Assembly (NCBI GenBank): GCA_964016885.1
Contig: OZ024743.1
Coordinates: 125,116,001-125,180,000 of the forward strand
Reading direction: 5' to 3'
DNA: 64,000 nucleotides
Source: Eledone cirrhosa
Lineage: Eukaryota
Shown: positions 24,337 to 35,944 of the stretch, piece after piece
Layout: the number at the start of each line of letters is the position of its first letter
How positions within the stretch are numbered: the first letter of the stretch is position 1
Program-made: the position numbers and the translations under genes
Notes under the pieces: model-generated
The model's database searches: none
The model's input: only the letters and a program-made list of their open reading frames with translations
What the model was told of the DNA's origin: nothing

Positions 24337-25764
24337 CTATATATATATTGTTGAGGTAGCCTGCTTTACTAAGGGCGTTATCGTAGTACTCGGCGTGTTC
24401 CTTAAATACTTGTATGTTAGAAGATAGACCCGAGTTTTAAGGGAAATATTTTTAGGGATAGATTTAATTATAGAGATGGGGTGGTTAGACCCAACATTTA
24501 CGTACTTGAGATTTTCATTCAATTTATGAAACGGTTTAATCAGACCAGAGTTTAAATTGAGTGTGACATCTAGGAAGTTAACTACTTTAAGGTTGTATTC
24601 ATATGTTATAGTTAGTCCTATTTCGAGTAGTAGTTTTCTTATATCTTTGCGTAGTTTTTCTAGTTTTTGGTTATTTAGGTTTTTAACTAGGAGGAGAACA
24701 TCGTCGCGGTATATTCCGCCGTGGAGATTGCTGAATTTTTCCTGGAGTCTAAAGGCGATAAATAACCCCACAATATCAGTTATTTCCGCCGAATCGTTAG
24801 AGCCCATTGTTATGTCAAAGTTAGAGGATGTATCTTTACGTACCCAATAACTGTTCTCAAATTTGACTATAGTTTTCCTAGCTTCTAATATAATTTTAAT
24901 TTCATCGTTTGTAAGGTCAGAGTTATCCTTAGCAAACTTAATGGCTCTATTCAAAGTTTCAGGTGATATCGATGAGTAATATTCGTCGATATCAAACTGG
25001 ATAAACTTAGATTTATTCTTATTGCTAGTGCTATTAAACCATCTTATTGCTTCTTGGGTCTTCCCCCAGAGTTTAATGTTAACCTTAGCCTTAATTTTGG
25101 GGATGATTCTATCTAAGATATATTTGCTTATTTTACCTATATCTGATTTAGAGGGACAGATTAATCTAATTTTAGGGTCATTATCAAAGTTTACCTTATG
25201 GTCCTTAAGATTGAAGGTGGGTACCGCCGGTAAGAGTGGTCCTGTCCTATCTTCGATCCCGAGATTTTTCACTATTTCGCATGCCTCATCATTGATGTGC
25301 TTAAGAGTTACTTCATTCGTTTTTCTATATTTTTTATGTAATTCTTTTCGAATGAAGTTCTTGTATGTAGTGCAGTCCATAGTATACAGGTTTGATGTTT
25401 TGTCCGCTTTTACTACAATTCCTTTGGTGTTTTTAAGGTCGTCCAGTAGTTTTTTAATATCTTTCTGTAATCTGTTGTTGGTGTTACGTCCTTTGAATTT
25501 AATTTTAAGGATTAAGTCCATAAGGTCCTGCTCAAATGCATCTAATAGTGGGTTGGTGGGTGGGTTTTTACACGTTCTAAAACCAAATTTGTTGTTTACA
25601 CCACTTTCCGATGGTGAGTTCATACGGCTTCTATCATAGTGGAGGGTTTTCCACCCGACACGTCGAATGAATTCATTAGTTTTTTGAATCTTACTCAATA
25701 AGTATTCCTTTTTACCTTGGGTTGGTATGTTTTTGAGTGACATATCCAGGTAGTGTTTTTCCAT
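24337..25764 (-). CDS. Penelope-like reverse transcriptase, N-terminal 475 aa (3'-truncated)
   Basis: KADKT, KDHK..IRLI, FDIDEYYSSI, ITMGS, YRDD, VNFLDVTL, SNHP motifs. True ATG start. Confidence 0.92.
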   Translation of the reverse strand: MEKHYLDMSLKNIPTQGKKEYLLSKIQKTNEFIRRVGWKTLHYDRSRMNSPSESGVNNKFGFRTCKNPPTNPLLDAFEQDLMDLILKIKFKGRNTNNRLQKDIKKLLDDLKNTKGIVVKADKTSNLYTMDCTTYKNFIRKELHKKYRKTNEVTLKHINDEACEIVKNLGIEDRTGPLLPAVPTFNLKDHKVNFDNDPKIRLICPSKSDIGKISKYILDRIIPKIKAKVNIKLWGKTQEAIRWFNSTSNKNKSKFIQFDIDEYYSSISPETLNRAIKFAKDNSDLTNDEIKIILEARKTIVKFENSYWVRKDTSSNFDITMGSNDSAEITDIVGLFIAFRLQEKFSNLHGGIYRDDVLLLVKNLNNQKLEKLRKDIRKLLLEIGLTITYEYNLKVVNFLDVTLNLNSGLIKPFHKLNENLKYVNVGSNHPISIIKSIPKNISLKTRVYLLTYKYLRNTPSTTITPLVKQATSTIYI

Positions 25765-25814
25765 TGTTGTGGTTACGTTTGCTGTGTGGGTTGCTCGACT
25801 TTACAGGAGGTAAA

Positions 25815-26100
25815 TATACAGTATTTTCCGTAGTGTTGTAATATAAATATTACACACAGTAGTTAGAAAAATATAAAACAATCTCTTCTCAACATATATA
25901 TGTATATTAATAACCTTAAATTACCACACTAATAATGGAAAGATATGCTGATGAGAATAGGTGCAAATATGCTATAATGAATGTGTCTAAAAGCGACCAT
26001 AAGTATGTATATATATGTGAAAATGTATATAAATAAGTAAATATATATATATGTTTGATGTGTATAGTTAGATGTAAGTGCATTCATGTATTAAAGTGTT

Positions 26101-26132
<32 letters not shown>

Positions 26133-26917
26133 GACTGGAGTATGTGTGTATATATGTGTGTGTCTATACGTGTGTACATAAAGATAAGTTGAGTATGAAA
26201 ATGTATACACATGAACGCGTATGTATGTACATATATATATGTGTATATATATATGTATGCATGTGTATATGTATGTAAGTATGAGCATGTAAGTATGTGT
26301 ATGTGAGTATATGTATTTTGTAGAGGTGTGCATATATGTTTGTGTGTGAATGCGTGGGCGAAAGGATACGAACACTTGAAAGAAAAATTTAAGTCTGAAT
26401 GTTAATTAAGTGCAAACATAAAACCAACCACACATATCTATACTATCTCTAATCCTTCTATAGATTTAGAAAAATAACCAATAATATATTCTATAAAAAT
26501 GTCAAAACAACAGATGGTTATCTAATTACTCACTGCCACCAAAAATTCTCACTGCTATCAAAAAACCACTCCCTCAACTATTCTTCTAACAACTTCACCC
26601 CTCCTAATATTCTCTATAAAAACCAAACAGGTCCTCAGTAAAATTATTCCGATGAAATGACAGTTGATAATAACATTGAAATATTGAATGTCTGCATAAC
26701 TAATACTTTGTAGATAGCAGCTGTTTTCAGGTTATGTAACTGTTATAGAAACACGTGTCAATAAATTCCTTTTAACTAAACTGTATCCATTAAAATCCTT
26801 CTATTTTTCTCCGGATTACTTTTGGAACTACAACTGGAACCGTCGAGCAAACTCTACGTGAGCTGTCCATCTACTGTGTGTAATATTTATATTACAACAC
26901 TACGGAAAATACTGTAT
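25815..26917 (+). mobile_element. Inverted pseudo-LTR upstream of the PLE RT
   Basis: ~25815-25862 is the reverse complement of ~26870-26917. A hammerhead at 26644 lies on the strand opposite to the ORF. Confidence 0.7.
26644..26764 (+). ncRNA. Hammerhead-like motif with ~90-nt extended stem II and CCGAUGA core
   Basis: ttatt CCGATGA a atgacagtt...aactgttat a GAAAC ACGT GTC aataa. Confidence 0.65.
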
Positions 26918-27225
26918 ATATATATATACACACACAAATATTTTATTCACAGTTGTATAAATAACAATCGTTTGCAATTCTTTCAGAGTGAAAATATAAA
27001 CAGAGCATATGAATAAATTTACGGGAGAATAATGTAACGAGTATGTTTTAAATATATACATAGATAACATCATAAATTGCTCGTGATTCTTTCAGAAAGA
27101 TATATTCTTTTAATGTTATATTAAATTCTTTATAATATTATATTAAAGATAATGTAAAGGAAGGGGTGAGCAACCGAGCCAACACCAGAGCAAAAGACAG
27201 CAGCGAGGGGTACTGGGCAACCTCT

Positions 27226-27395
27226 CTAATGAATGTTGAAACAAGCCAGCACTCTCGCAGCGTTGCCTCGGGTGATGGCGAGGCTAATGCGCTGGAACAG
27301 CCAAGCACCCTCGCGATATTCGCCTGTTACCCCTATTAGGCGGCCCGACTCTCCCAAACGTCTCGAAAGCCACAGGCTGAAAAATGTAGCTGGCC
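27226..27395 (-). mobile_element. 3' end of a CRE-clade non-LTR retrotransposon
   Basis: WLFQRISLAITRGNAARVL matches the CRE C-terminal QRxSxAxxRGNA motif. Confidence 0.75.
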
Positions 27396-27410
27396 TACAT
27401 ATATATATGC

Positions 27411-27447
<37 letters not shown>

Positions 27448-27598
27448 TATATATATCCATTTATATGTAGAGGTTCTATTTAAATTGTTGGGATACATCA
27501 AGCAAATATTTTTATAACTGATATAAAGCACTCAACAAATTATTGGAGTAAAAATACGATATATTAACAAATGGAAACTATATTTATAAAACCATATT

Positions 27599-27660
27599 TA
27601 TTTCATTATACATATTTCAAGGACACCAAGTTAACTTATGGTGTACTTTCATCAGATAAA
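27599..27660 (-). ncRNA. Type I hammerhead ribozyme
   Basis: Reverse-complement copy of 27817-27881. Confidence 0.75.
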
Positions 27661-27816
27661 CTATAATATAGATCAGTTTTATAAATAAATATTGACATAC
27701 CCTTAAAGAATGCGACCATTTCTGTTGGAAGCTCCCGGATAGTGGGAGCTTCCAACAGAAATGGTTGCATTCTTTAAGGGTATGTCAATATTTATTTATA
27801 AAACTGATCTATATTA

Positions 27817-27881
27817 TATTTTATCTGATGAAAGCACACCATAAGTTAACTTGGTGTCCTTGAAATATGTATAATGAAATA
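27817..27881 (+). ncRNA. Type I hammerhead ribozyme
   Basis: tattttat CTGATGA aag cacacca-taagttaact-tggtgt cctt GAAA TATGTA TA atgaaata. Confidence 0.8.
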
Positions 27882-27933
27882 AATATGGTTTTATAAATAT
27901 AGTTTCCATTTGTTAATATATCGTATTTCCATA

Positions 27934-27967
<34 letters not shown>

Positions 27968-28408
27968 TTTAATACAATCTTTTATAACAATTTACACAAA
28001 GTTCATAAGATAAATAAGTGCGGGGAAGCGTGTTAGATTTTATGAAACGAAATATAAATAACGACTTCTTTAATGAAGGTATTGTTTACATTTACAACAG
28101 ATACTTTTTTCTTTCTTTTTTTTTTTTTCGTCTACGTTAGTATAAAACTGATTGTAAAATTATAATAAAACACAGCGAGGCTCCGACCGTATTCATCAAA
28201 AATATATTTAGAAATATAGGCTTTTCATAACTAATAAAACAATCGTAAATAAAAGATAAAAGCAAAGGTGACTACTTTCAAGTGATAAAAAAAAAAGCCA
28301 GAGAAATTTCATAACATTCGAGAAAAGTTTTAGAAGTTAAAAGAAAAAAAGAAAATGAAACTATGAAACAATAATTGTAAATAAGAGATTTCAGTGTCCT
28401 TAACTTAC

Positions 28409-28463
28409 CTGCACAGGCTGCTGTTAGCAATGATAAGCATAGGGCTGTCGCACGATATGTCAT
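28409..28463 (-). CDS. Probable first coding exon of a host gene encoding a signal peptide (MTYRATALCLSLLTAACA/G)
   Basis: ATG, basic N-region, hydrophobic core and A-C-A cleavage motif, then a consensus donor CAG/GTAAGT in phase 1. Lies in a repeat-poor stretch. Confidence 0.65.
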
Positions 28464-29304
28464 GCTGGTAGCATACAGCTAAAGTAGCAGACGTTTTCCT
28501 TCAGGCTTTTTTCGTTTGTACGTGTTTGCTTATCTGGTATTTGTTTTCGTCGTAGTATTTTTAAGTTTTCGTTGTCTATCCGAAGGCTTCAGGGAGGAAA
28601 AAAAAAAATAAATAAAATCGGTGAAGTTTTTAAGAACTATATCGTTCCGCTCCTACGATCGTTTCATTAAAAATAGACTCGTCAAACTTCTCGACTCTTT
28701 TCCTCAACACTAAATATAAATTATATTTTAAAATGAAATGACATGAAAAAAATAATATAAATAAACTATATCTCCAAGAATTGCAGCAGTACATGAGATC
28801 TCTCTCTTTCTTTCTCTCACTACTACTACTACTACTTAAGAGGAAAACATTAGCATAAGTCACTGTGTGTGTCACTGGAAATCGTAGGTAGGGAATATAT
28901 TCAATGAGGTTTGTTTATATTATAAATAATTTAAAAGCGATAGATTAGCAGAATCGTTGGGCTTATTTCGCTTTATACAAAGGCAGACAATAAAATGTAA
29001 ATTAAAGTAAAAGGAAAAACTCGACAATAAAATCTAACTAAATAAAAGGTGCAAGTCGTACCGGAGCCTTGGGCAAGATTTTTTCTTTTTATGAGGAACT
29101 CATATCCGACTGTTTCACCTTGTTGAGTTGGGTTGATTTAGAAGAAAGTTTGTATCGAAAGGAAAAAAATTAATAAATCGTTCAGTAGAAAAGTGTTCTC
29201 AAATAAATCTTTCAGTCAATCGATTAATATAGAATTCAAAAAGAAAAATTTTTTTTTTCATTTTGACACATTCTTTAATACTTAGAGCGAAACCTCTTTA
29301 AATC

Positions 29305-29500
29305 ATTAGAGATTAGGGCCTCAGGTAAAATGCTTTGTAGTATTTATTCCGGCTCGTTACGTACTGAGTTCAAATCCTGCCGTGGGCAACTTAGCCTTTT
29401 ATTGTCACAGGGTCGATAAAATAAACTATTAGTTAAGTACTGGGTCGATATAAAATCAGATTTTTGGTACTGACAAATTTGGAAACCACTATAAAATAAT
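29305..29500 (+). mobile_element. tRNA-derived SINE
   Basis: B box gagttcaaatcct followed by the gggtcgataaaataa..agtactggg body shared with other copies. Confidence 0.75.
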
Positions 29501-29744
29501 TTAGTTTCTATTTTGTTCTTATTCAATCAATCGGTAACAGAACCCTCCAACTAAAAAAAACTGAAGCATTTTTTTCGAATTGTGTATACATGAACCAGTA
29601 ACTTTTGGTGGACTTGTGCAGGCACCATAATGATATACAGCGTGTCTTGTATGTTTTTAAATCCTGGTGGAATCCATCCCCTCCCCAGGTTTGAACATGG
29701 TAGATTTCTTCCAGAGAAGGAGAGTGGGGTGAGAAATAAACATC

Positions 29745-29908
29745 GAAGAAAAATTGACCCCAGTACTTGACTGCTATTTTTTTTATCGACCTCGAAAAGA
29801 TGAGAGGTAAAATTGACTTCGGCAAGTTTCGAACTCAGAATGCGGAAAGGAGGAATGAATGCCGCAAAACGTTCTATCCGGCGTTCTAATGACTCTGACA
29901 ATTCGCCT
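29745..29908 (-). mobile_element. tRNA-derived SINE
   Basis: Minus strand: aaggcgaattgtcagagtcattag...ctgagttcgaaac...gaggtcgataaaa. Confidence 0.75.
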
Positions 29909-30739
29909 TTTTTTTTTTTTTTTTTTGTATGAAATTATTTTATACACGGACGAAGGGCGATTGAGTGAGGGGGAATAGAGGAAAAGTGAACTAGAAAACA
30001 TGAAAGTATTTAGTTCTACTTCTTTATGTTCTAAGATAGAGATTACCTTTTATACTCCCAATGTTGATAAAATAATATCCTGCTTCTCATTTGCCTTTCA
30101 TCTTTCCAATGTCAAAAAAATACAGTACCATTACCAGTGAAATATTAAGATTGATTCAATTATCTTTACTCTGATCCCAAATTTTCTGGCCTTGTTCCTA
30201 AATTCGAAAATCAATATTTGAGTCAGTACCAATACAGTGAACTGCTGCTAATGCTGCTCTTGTTGTTAGCGCCAGGTCAAGCGAAATTGAAGACTTATGG
30301 TCAAAGGTATTCCAGCATGACCATGCCACCAAATATATACTTTCTTTAAGATGGTTATCTGTAATTTGAGGGAGATTTTGCCTGCTATTCCTTACAGTTC
30401 GAGCGAGCGCATAAAAGCTCCATTAGTGTTGTTGTTGTTGTTGTTGGATAACCCTAAGTCAGCTGTAAATGAGCTGTCTTATGGCAAAAAGGTAATCGGT
30501 TGAACAACTAAGAGTGATCCACAGATCCATCTTCTCAGTTATACCATGTCTCCACCAAACTGAGAAGCACAATGCATACTATAATAAATCGTTGTTGTTG
30601 TTTAGCTCCTGGGTCATCCTTAATTAAGCTGACCAAAGGCAGTCCAGTTGTGACCATCCCGCCTTTTTCCTGTGTGCAGAGAATCTATGATTGTATTATT
30701 CAATATCTAATTTTCTATGTATATATGTATATTCCAGTT

Positions 30740-31050
30740 GAAGGTGCAGGACTTGGTGTTTGGGGTGTTCGGCTCACGAGTAAGGTCATGAATTCAATTC
30801 CCGGCAGCGCGTCGAGTCTTTGAGCAAGACACTTTATTTCACGTTGCACCAGTCAATTTAGCTGGTAAAGATGAGTTGTACCTGTGATTCGAAGAGGCGG
30901 CCTTGTTACATATTGTGTCACACTGAATCTCCCTGAGAATTACGTTAAAGGTTGACGTATTTACGGAATACTCAGCCATTTGCACGAAAATTTCACGAGC
31001 AGGCTGTTCCATTCTTCGCACAACTACAAAACTGGTCGATGGGGATTCAA
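30740..31050 (+). mobile_element. tRNA-derived SINE of a second family
   Basis: B-box-like gaattcaattccc and ttgagcaagacacttta. Its 3' body is homologous to 54755-54890. Confidence 0.65.
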
Positions 31051-31309
31051 CATGTGTGTTTCAAGCTGAAGAGCACATCTTTTCAAAGAGGTCATGGAAT
31101 ATGGGACTTTTAGTTTCTATATATGTTTATTATTTTTGGATGTGTTTGTATAAAGCCAAATATGAACCATCTTCTGGGTGGCTTCGATGTAACAGTTCTA
31201 AAGGAATCAACATTCTCAAAGCAACTGAAATTTGTCAACATCTTTTAAAAGTAATTTATCCGAAATATAGATAGTTCATGTCATTGTATTTTATGTATTG
31301 ATTAGGATT

Positions 31310-31416
31310 GCATCGATTAATTGGCAGATAATCGGTATCGAAGATATCAACCATTTGCCGATTAATTGGTATCGGCTTTTGCCGATTAATTGATATCAGC
31401 CTTTTGCCGATTAATT
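31310..31416. repeat. Short palindromic tandem repeats (gccgattaattggtatcggc)
   Basis: Four copies of cgattaattg. Confidence 0.7.
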
Positions 31417-32690
31417 GGTTTGTTTATTCCTAATTGGTGGTAATATTGCGTGTACTGTTGTGATTTTGCATGTGGTAATGGTGGTGGGATTGGTATCTAT
31501 TGTGGTAGTTCTGGTGGGGACGGAATTTGTTGTTTTTTTTGTTGTTATTTTGTCTTACAGCTCAAATTATTATCCTGTTCAGTCTTTGTATGAGCAGGAT
31601 GCGTTGGGTTTCTTTTTCTTTTGTTTTGTTTTTTTATGAGAAACGCTCTGACGCTCTTCCTCATATGACACATTCGAAGTGTCAGAACTTGGAAAGGGCA
31701 TTCTGCTCGGTGTCTACTTCTTTGTTTTTGTTATTATGATACGCCAAATACATTTTTCAAGATTTCAAATTCAGTAAAAAAAGAATACATTTCCATTTAA
31801 AATTACATTTTAACAGTAAATGTAATTACAGTATATTTTATTTTAAAATAACATTGCTTCATTGAGGCCTTATTATATTACACTTAATTAGATATGGTGT
31901 GGAACTGTTAAGAGTTTCTCCGCCCCAGGACCAGCATTAAGGCCAACTAGGCAGCCGCCTAGGGCACATACAACAGAGAGGCGAATTACCGAACCTTAAA
32001 AGATCATAGTTTTCTACAAATTTTTATCATTAAATTACATATATAATTTTCTGCAATCAATGACTAAATTGTTAACATAAGCAGCACTGTGTAAATATCC
32101 AGAACGGTGAAGAGGGTCGTTTTTATTATGGTCAGAGAAAAGAGTATCAAAATGTCCGTTCATCAGTTTGCCATACTGAAAGTTGAAATTGTTTCATTTT
32201 GGAGAAAAGAATGCATAATTTGTTAAAAGGGTGTACATTATAAATTACCCTAGGATACTAAATCAGACCTGCCAACCTTTAAAAACCCAAACGGGGAGTA
32301 CCAGGAAAAAAGGTGTCCCAAAACGGGGAGAAAGAGAAAAGATCTCTCACCCATCCCAAAGTGGGTGGGATATCTTCTTGCTCAGGTGCCGGCTCGGCAT
32401 CGCCCACGACCTAACATGTAAACATAACATTCAATCTTTATTTCTCACATTACAATAACTTAAAGGGTGCGATAGTACATACTAACAAATATAGTTCTTA
32501 TGAACCAATGACATCGGATGGTTACTAAAATTCAGTAACGCCATCCCGGATAGAGTAACAAAAGCTAGTTTGTGCACAACTAAAAGGAAACGTTCCTTTA
32601 GTATAGTTCAACCAATACAAAGATAAAGCATGAACGAAATGTATATCTTTATTTACAAGATTTTGAATCCATATATATATATATATATAT

Positions 32691-32730
32691 GAGCTGAGGA
32701 TCCGCTAAGGTGAAACAATTGTTTCACTTC
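32691..32730 (+). ncRNA. Isolated hammerhead fragment between two TA runs
   Basis: gag CTGAGGA tccgctaaggt GAAAC AATT GTT. Same family as the motif at 43014-43051. Confidence 0.7.
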
Positions 32731-32750
32731 TATATATATATATATATATA

Positions 32751-33695
32751 TTGTTATACTTTGGTAGGGTCATGTTGCCAATAAGAAACACACGCACCAG
32801 TTGCTTTCACTTCAATTTATTATAATAAATTTATAAATTTAGGAATTTATAAATTTCTGGTTGGTTGGTTGGTTCCACAACCAGATAGTTGTTTATATAT
32901 ATTGTCAACGTTCTTTCGTCACACATTCTGTGACCTCTTCAGTGACTGGGGATTCTTTTCTTTGTTTTTGTGCCTCTCCTTTGTTCTGTCCTACGCCATT
33001 TTGTTTCTGTGTGTGTGTTGTGTGCTCAGTCTGCGCATGCGCCACATCCGGGTGTCTGTGTGTGTTTATATTTGTTTATTTATTTGTTTATTTACATGTT
33101 ACCGGTTGGTTGTTTGTTCTATGTGTGTGTGTGTTTTCATTTTGTCCTTAATTGTAAGTTGTGATGTTGCTGTTCCATTCATGTTTTCTATTTAATTTTG
33201 GTTGGAGTTCATTTATGTTTATTGCCTCTGTGATTTGTCTAAACATTGTGTCTTTTCTGTGTGTAGATTCTATTTTTATTTCTATGTTCTCTAATTTACC
33301 CCTATGTTCTATTTTAGCATGTTGGTAGAGTACAGATGATTCTTTACTATCTTGAAGGTCTCGCCAGTGTTCATTTATCCGTTCCCCTACACTACGAGCT
33401 GTCTCACCTATGTACACTATATTTTTGTCTCTACATTGTCCTTCAGTACATCTTATGCTATACACTACATTTCTAGTTTTACAGTTAATATGGGGGCTTA
33501 TTTTACAGGTTATACATTTCTTATCTATACAGGGGGGTCTTTGGAAAGGGTATGTCTTGCTAATAAGTGTTTTTACGGAGGTACCTGGTCTTTCTACTAT
33601 CTTAATATTGAGTTTATGTTTATCTAGGGCCCTTCTAAATTTGTAAGCTAATTCACCTCTAGGGGTTGTATCGATGAACATTACACTCTGGTATT
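32751..33695 (-). mobile_element. PLE 3' fragment (provisionally Nematis-like): linker, GIY-YIG and pLTR
   Basis: ORF 33148-33681 contains CxxxxCxxC, NVVYSIRC, YIGETAR and EAI...LN. Highly similar to 43508-44436. Confidence 0.88.
32904..32946 (-). ncRNA. Hammerhead motif with mutated cleavage triplet (likely inactive)
   Basis: gtca CTGAAGA g gtcaca-gaatg-tgtgac GAAAG AA CGT tgac. The sister copy has CTT. Confidence 0.65.
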
Positions 33696-33697
33696 AA

Positions 33698-34329
33698 TCT
33701 ATAAAACTAAATACATGACGCATTAACCCTCTCATACAATCTGATTACCTCTCTCTGCTCCCCTTAAAATTCGATAAAACTACATACATGCTGCAACTTT
33801 CTCTTATATACGCTTAAACTTACAAACTTCCTTTAGAAACGTCGAAGAAAGAAGAGAGAGAGAAGAGAGGGAGAGGGAGAGAGAGAGAGAAGGTTTGTTT
33901 TTGAGTGTGGAACGGTCAAACATTTATTTACTTCAATGACAAAGAGAACTTATTACATTTCATACGAAACAACAATTATTCAAAATCAACAGATAAATTT
34001 ATTCAACAACAAAAAAAATAGCGATAAATCTTTTTTAAAACATCTCTCAACGAACGTGGAAGAAAGAAGTATCAGTTCATTTACTATACACAATAATATC
34101 CTCTATGAGGTCACTAAATCTGCTAGAAACAGCAGATAACTCTCCCCCATATCACACCCCTCCTACTGTCTTAAATTTAGAAAACATATCCTCTATGAAG
34201 TCACTAAACCTGCTAGAAACAGCAGCTAACACAGTGCCTGGCAGACAAAAAAGTGCTCCCATAAAATGGGTGGTGCAACCTAACTTTGATAACTTACTGA
34301 CCCCGAGTAACGCCGGGCTTTAATGTTTG
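33698..34329 (+). mobile_element. Non-autonomous Helitron, degenerate 3' end
   Basis: Starts TCTATAAAACT. Its 3' hairpin ccccgagtaacgccgggcttt is nearly the same as in the 51417 element. CTAG is decayed. Confidence 0.65.
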
Positions 34330-34410
34330 TATATATATATAAATATATATATATAAATATATTAAGAGAGTAAAACAAAGAAGCCTTCAATACATCAAAA
34401 GTCTTTATTA

Positions 34411-34448
34411 GCCGACAATGTTTCGCCCTATTAAGGACTCATCAGGGC
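34411..34448 (-). ncRNA. Type I hammerhead ribozyme in a non-coding PLE-like 3' segment (~34362-35060)
   Basis: gcc CTGATGA gtcc-ttaata-gggc GAAAC ATT GTC ggc. Canonical core and GUC triplet. Confidence 0.9.
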
Positions 34449-35341
34449 AATTCAAACAACAAGAAGTAATAACGGCAGATACAAGCCAGAAGCTTCGAAG
34501 AATATGGAGTGTACATATACTAAGGTATTGCAAAAATATATAATAAAAATAATAAAAATATATAATGAAAATTACTAAGGATGTATGTGACATTAAGAAC
34601 CATATTACAAATATAGTCCAAAGCAAAAAAAAACTAGGGCTAGACAAAGGTGGTTATATAGATCAGGAAACATATATAATATAATGTAATATAATATAAT
34701 TATACTTTTACCAACATTAAAGTTACAATGGAAAATCAAAAGGTACATTATGCATATGTATATATGTGTGCACACACACACACACGTACACCTACAACAA
34801 TACACACATCTATCTTCAACTGCACAAATTTAACCTTATCAAGAGTTTGAATATGAAAATGAGCATGATAGGAATGAGAATAATAATAATGATAATACTA
34901 ATACATCTACCCAATATACATGGGGTAATAATATGATATAATTATAAGTAGCATATATAATCAATAATAAACAATACAATTATATACTATATAATACAAT
35001 ATAATAGAATGGATAATCTCCGGTTAATTTACACAAACAATATAGATGTCACAATAATAATATAATTATAATATATATAAATATAAATATATATAAATAT
35101 ATATATATATATATGTATATAGATATATATACACGGGTGTATATGATTGTGTATAGAAGATTATATAAATAACAGGGATTCCAACGTTGTCTGATTTACT
35201 CGTTTTATTTACAATCCTTTAAAATTATAATGATATTGTAATGAAATAGTATGGTAGAATATTAAATGTTAAGTGTTAATTGAACAAGTACATTCATGCT
35301 TTCGCAATCTTCTGGTTCATATTCAGTGGTGACAGTCAAGT

Positions 35342-35372
<31 letters not shown>

Positions 35373-35418
35373 GAAATGACAGGAGGCTGGACTTGTGTAA
35401 ATCCTTGAAAGGTTTATT

Positions 35419-35476
35419 ATACTATGATCATTTCAATGACCGTGTTCCGTATGAATCCGGTGATATCATCAAGTAT
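35419..35476 (-). ncRNA. Hammerhead motif (U3 variant) in a ~250-bp insert between TA runs
   Basis: atac TTGATGA [accg...cggt] GAAA TGATCA TA gtat, with palindromic stem III. Confidence 0.65.
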
Positions 35477-35612
35477 TCGAAATATAATAAGTGAATGTAA
35501 TAGATAAAATCCATGGGGCTTGAACTGCTTTACGTTGAGTACTCTCCATATTATTACATTAAGATTGACCATACGGAATTGACCAGCTCTATCCAGTGGT
35601 GAAACTCAAACC

Positions 35613-35657
<45 letters not shown>

Positions 35658-35944
35658 TCATCACCGTTTTACGTCCGTTCTTCCACGCTAGCATGGGTTA
35701 GACGGGTTGTCCTGTTGTGGGCAGTGTCTGGTCGGCTGACCATGCCTTGCTCATACAGGAACTGATCTGGCTTGATTTCTACAGCTGCATGCCCTTCCTA
35801 ACACCAACCTCATTTACAGTGAGTGCTGGGTGCTTTTTCGTGGCGCCTACACGTCCACTTTACAGTGTGGGCTGGGTGCTTTTTTGCCGTGGCACCTCCA
35901 CGACCACCTTGCGGTGGGGGGGGGGGGCATATTGTTTATATGCT

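Larger units (their letters stand above)
27552..27928. mobile_element. Near-perfect hairpin (~185-bp arms, ~7-nt loop) with a hammerhead in each arm
   Basis: Centre reads ...gttggaagctccc ggatagt gggagcttccaac... Arms are reverse-complementary. Confidence 0.88.

Noticed and set aside
25948-25990. CTGATGA as a hammerhead core
   Set aside because: No stem II, GAAA or stem I partner nearby.
32257-32570. Transposon-like segment starting cagacctgccaac, related to ~55512
   Set aside because: It is repeated, but its termini and class could not be established.
35281-35340. Possible minus-strand hammerhead
   Set aside because: The core reads CTGAATA and the stems do not close.
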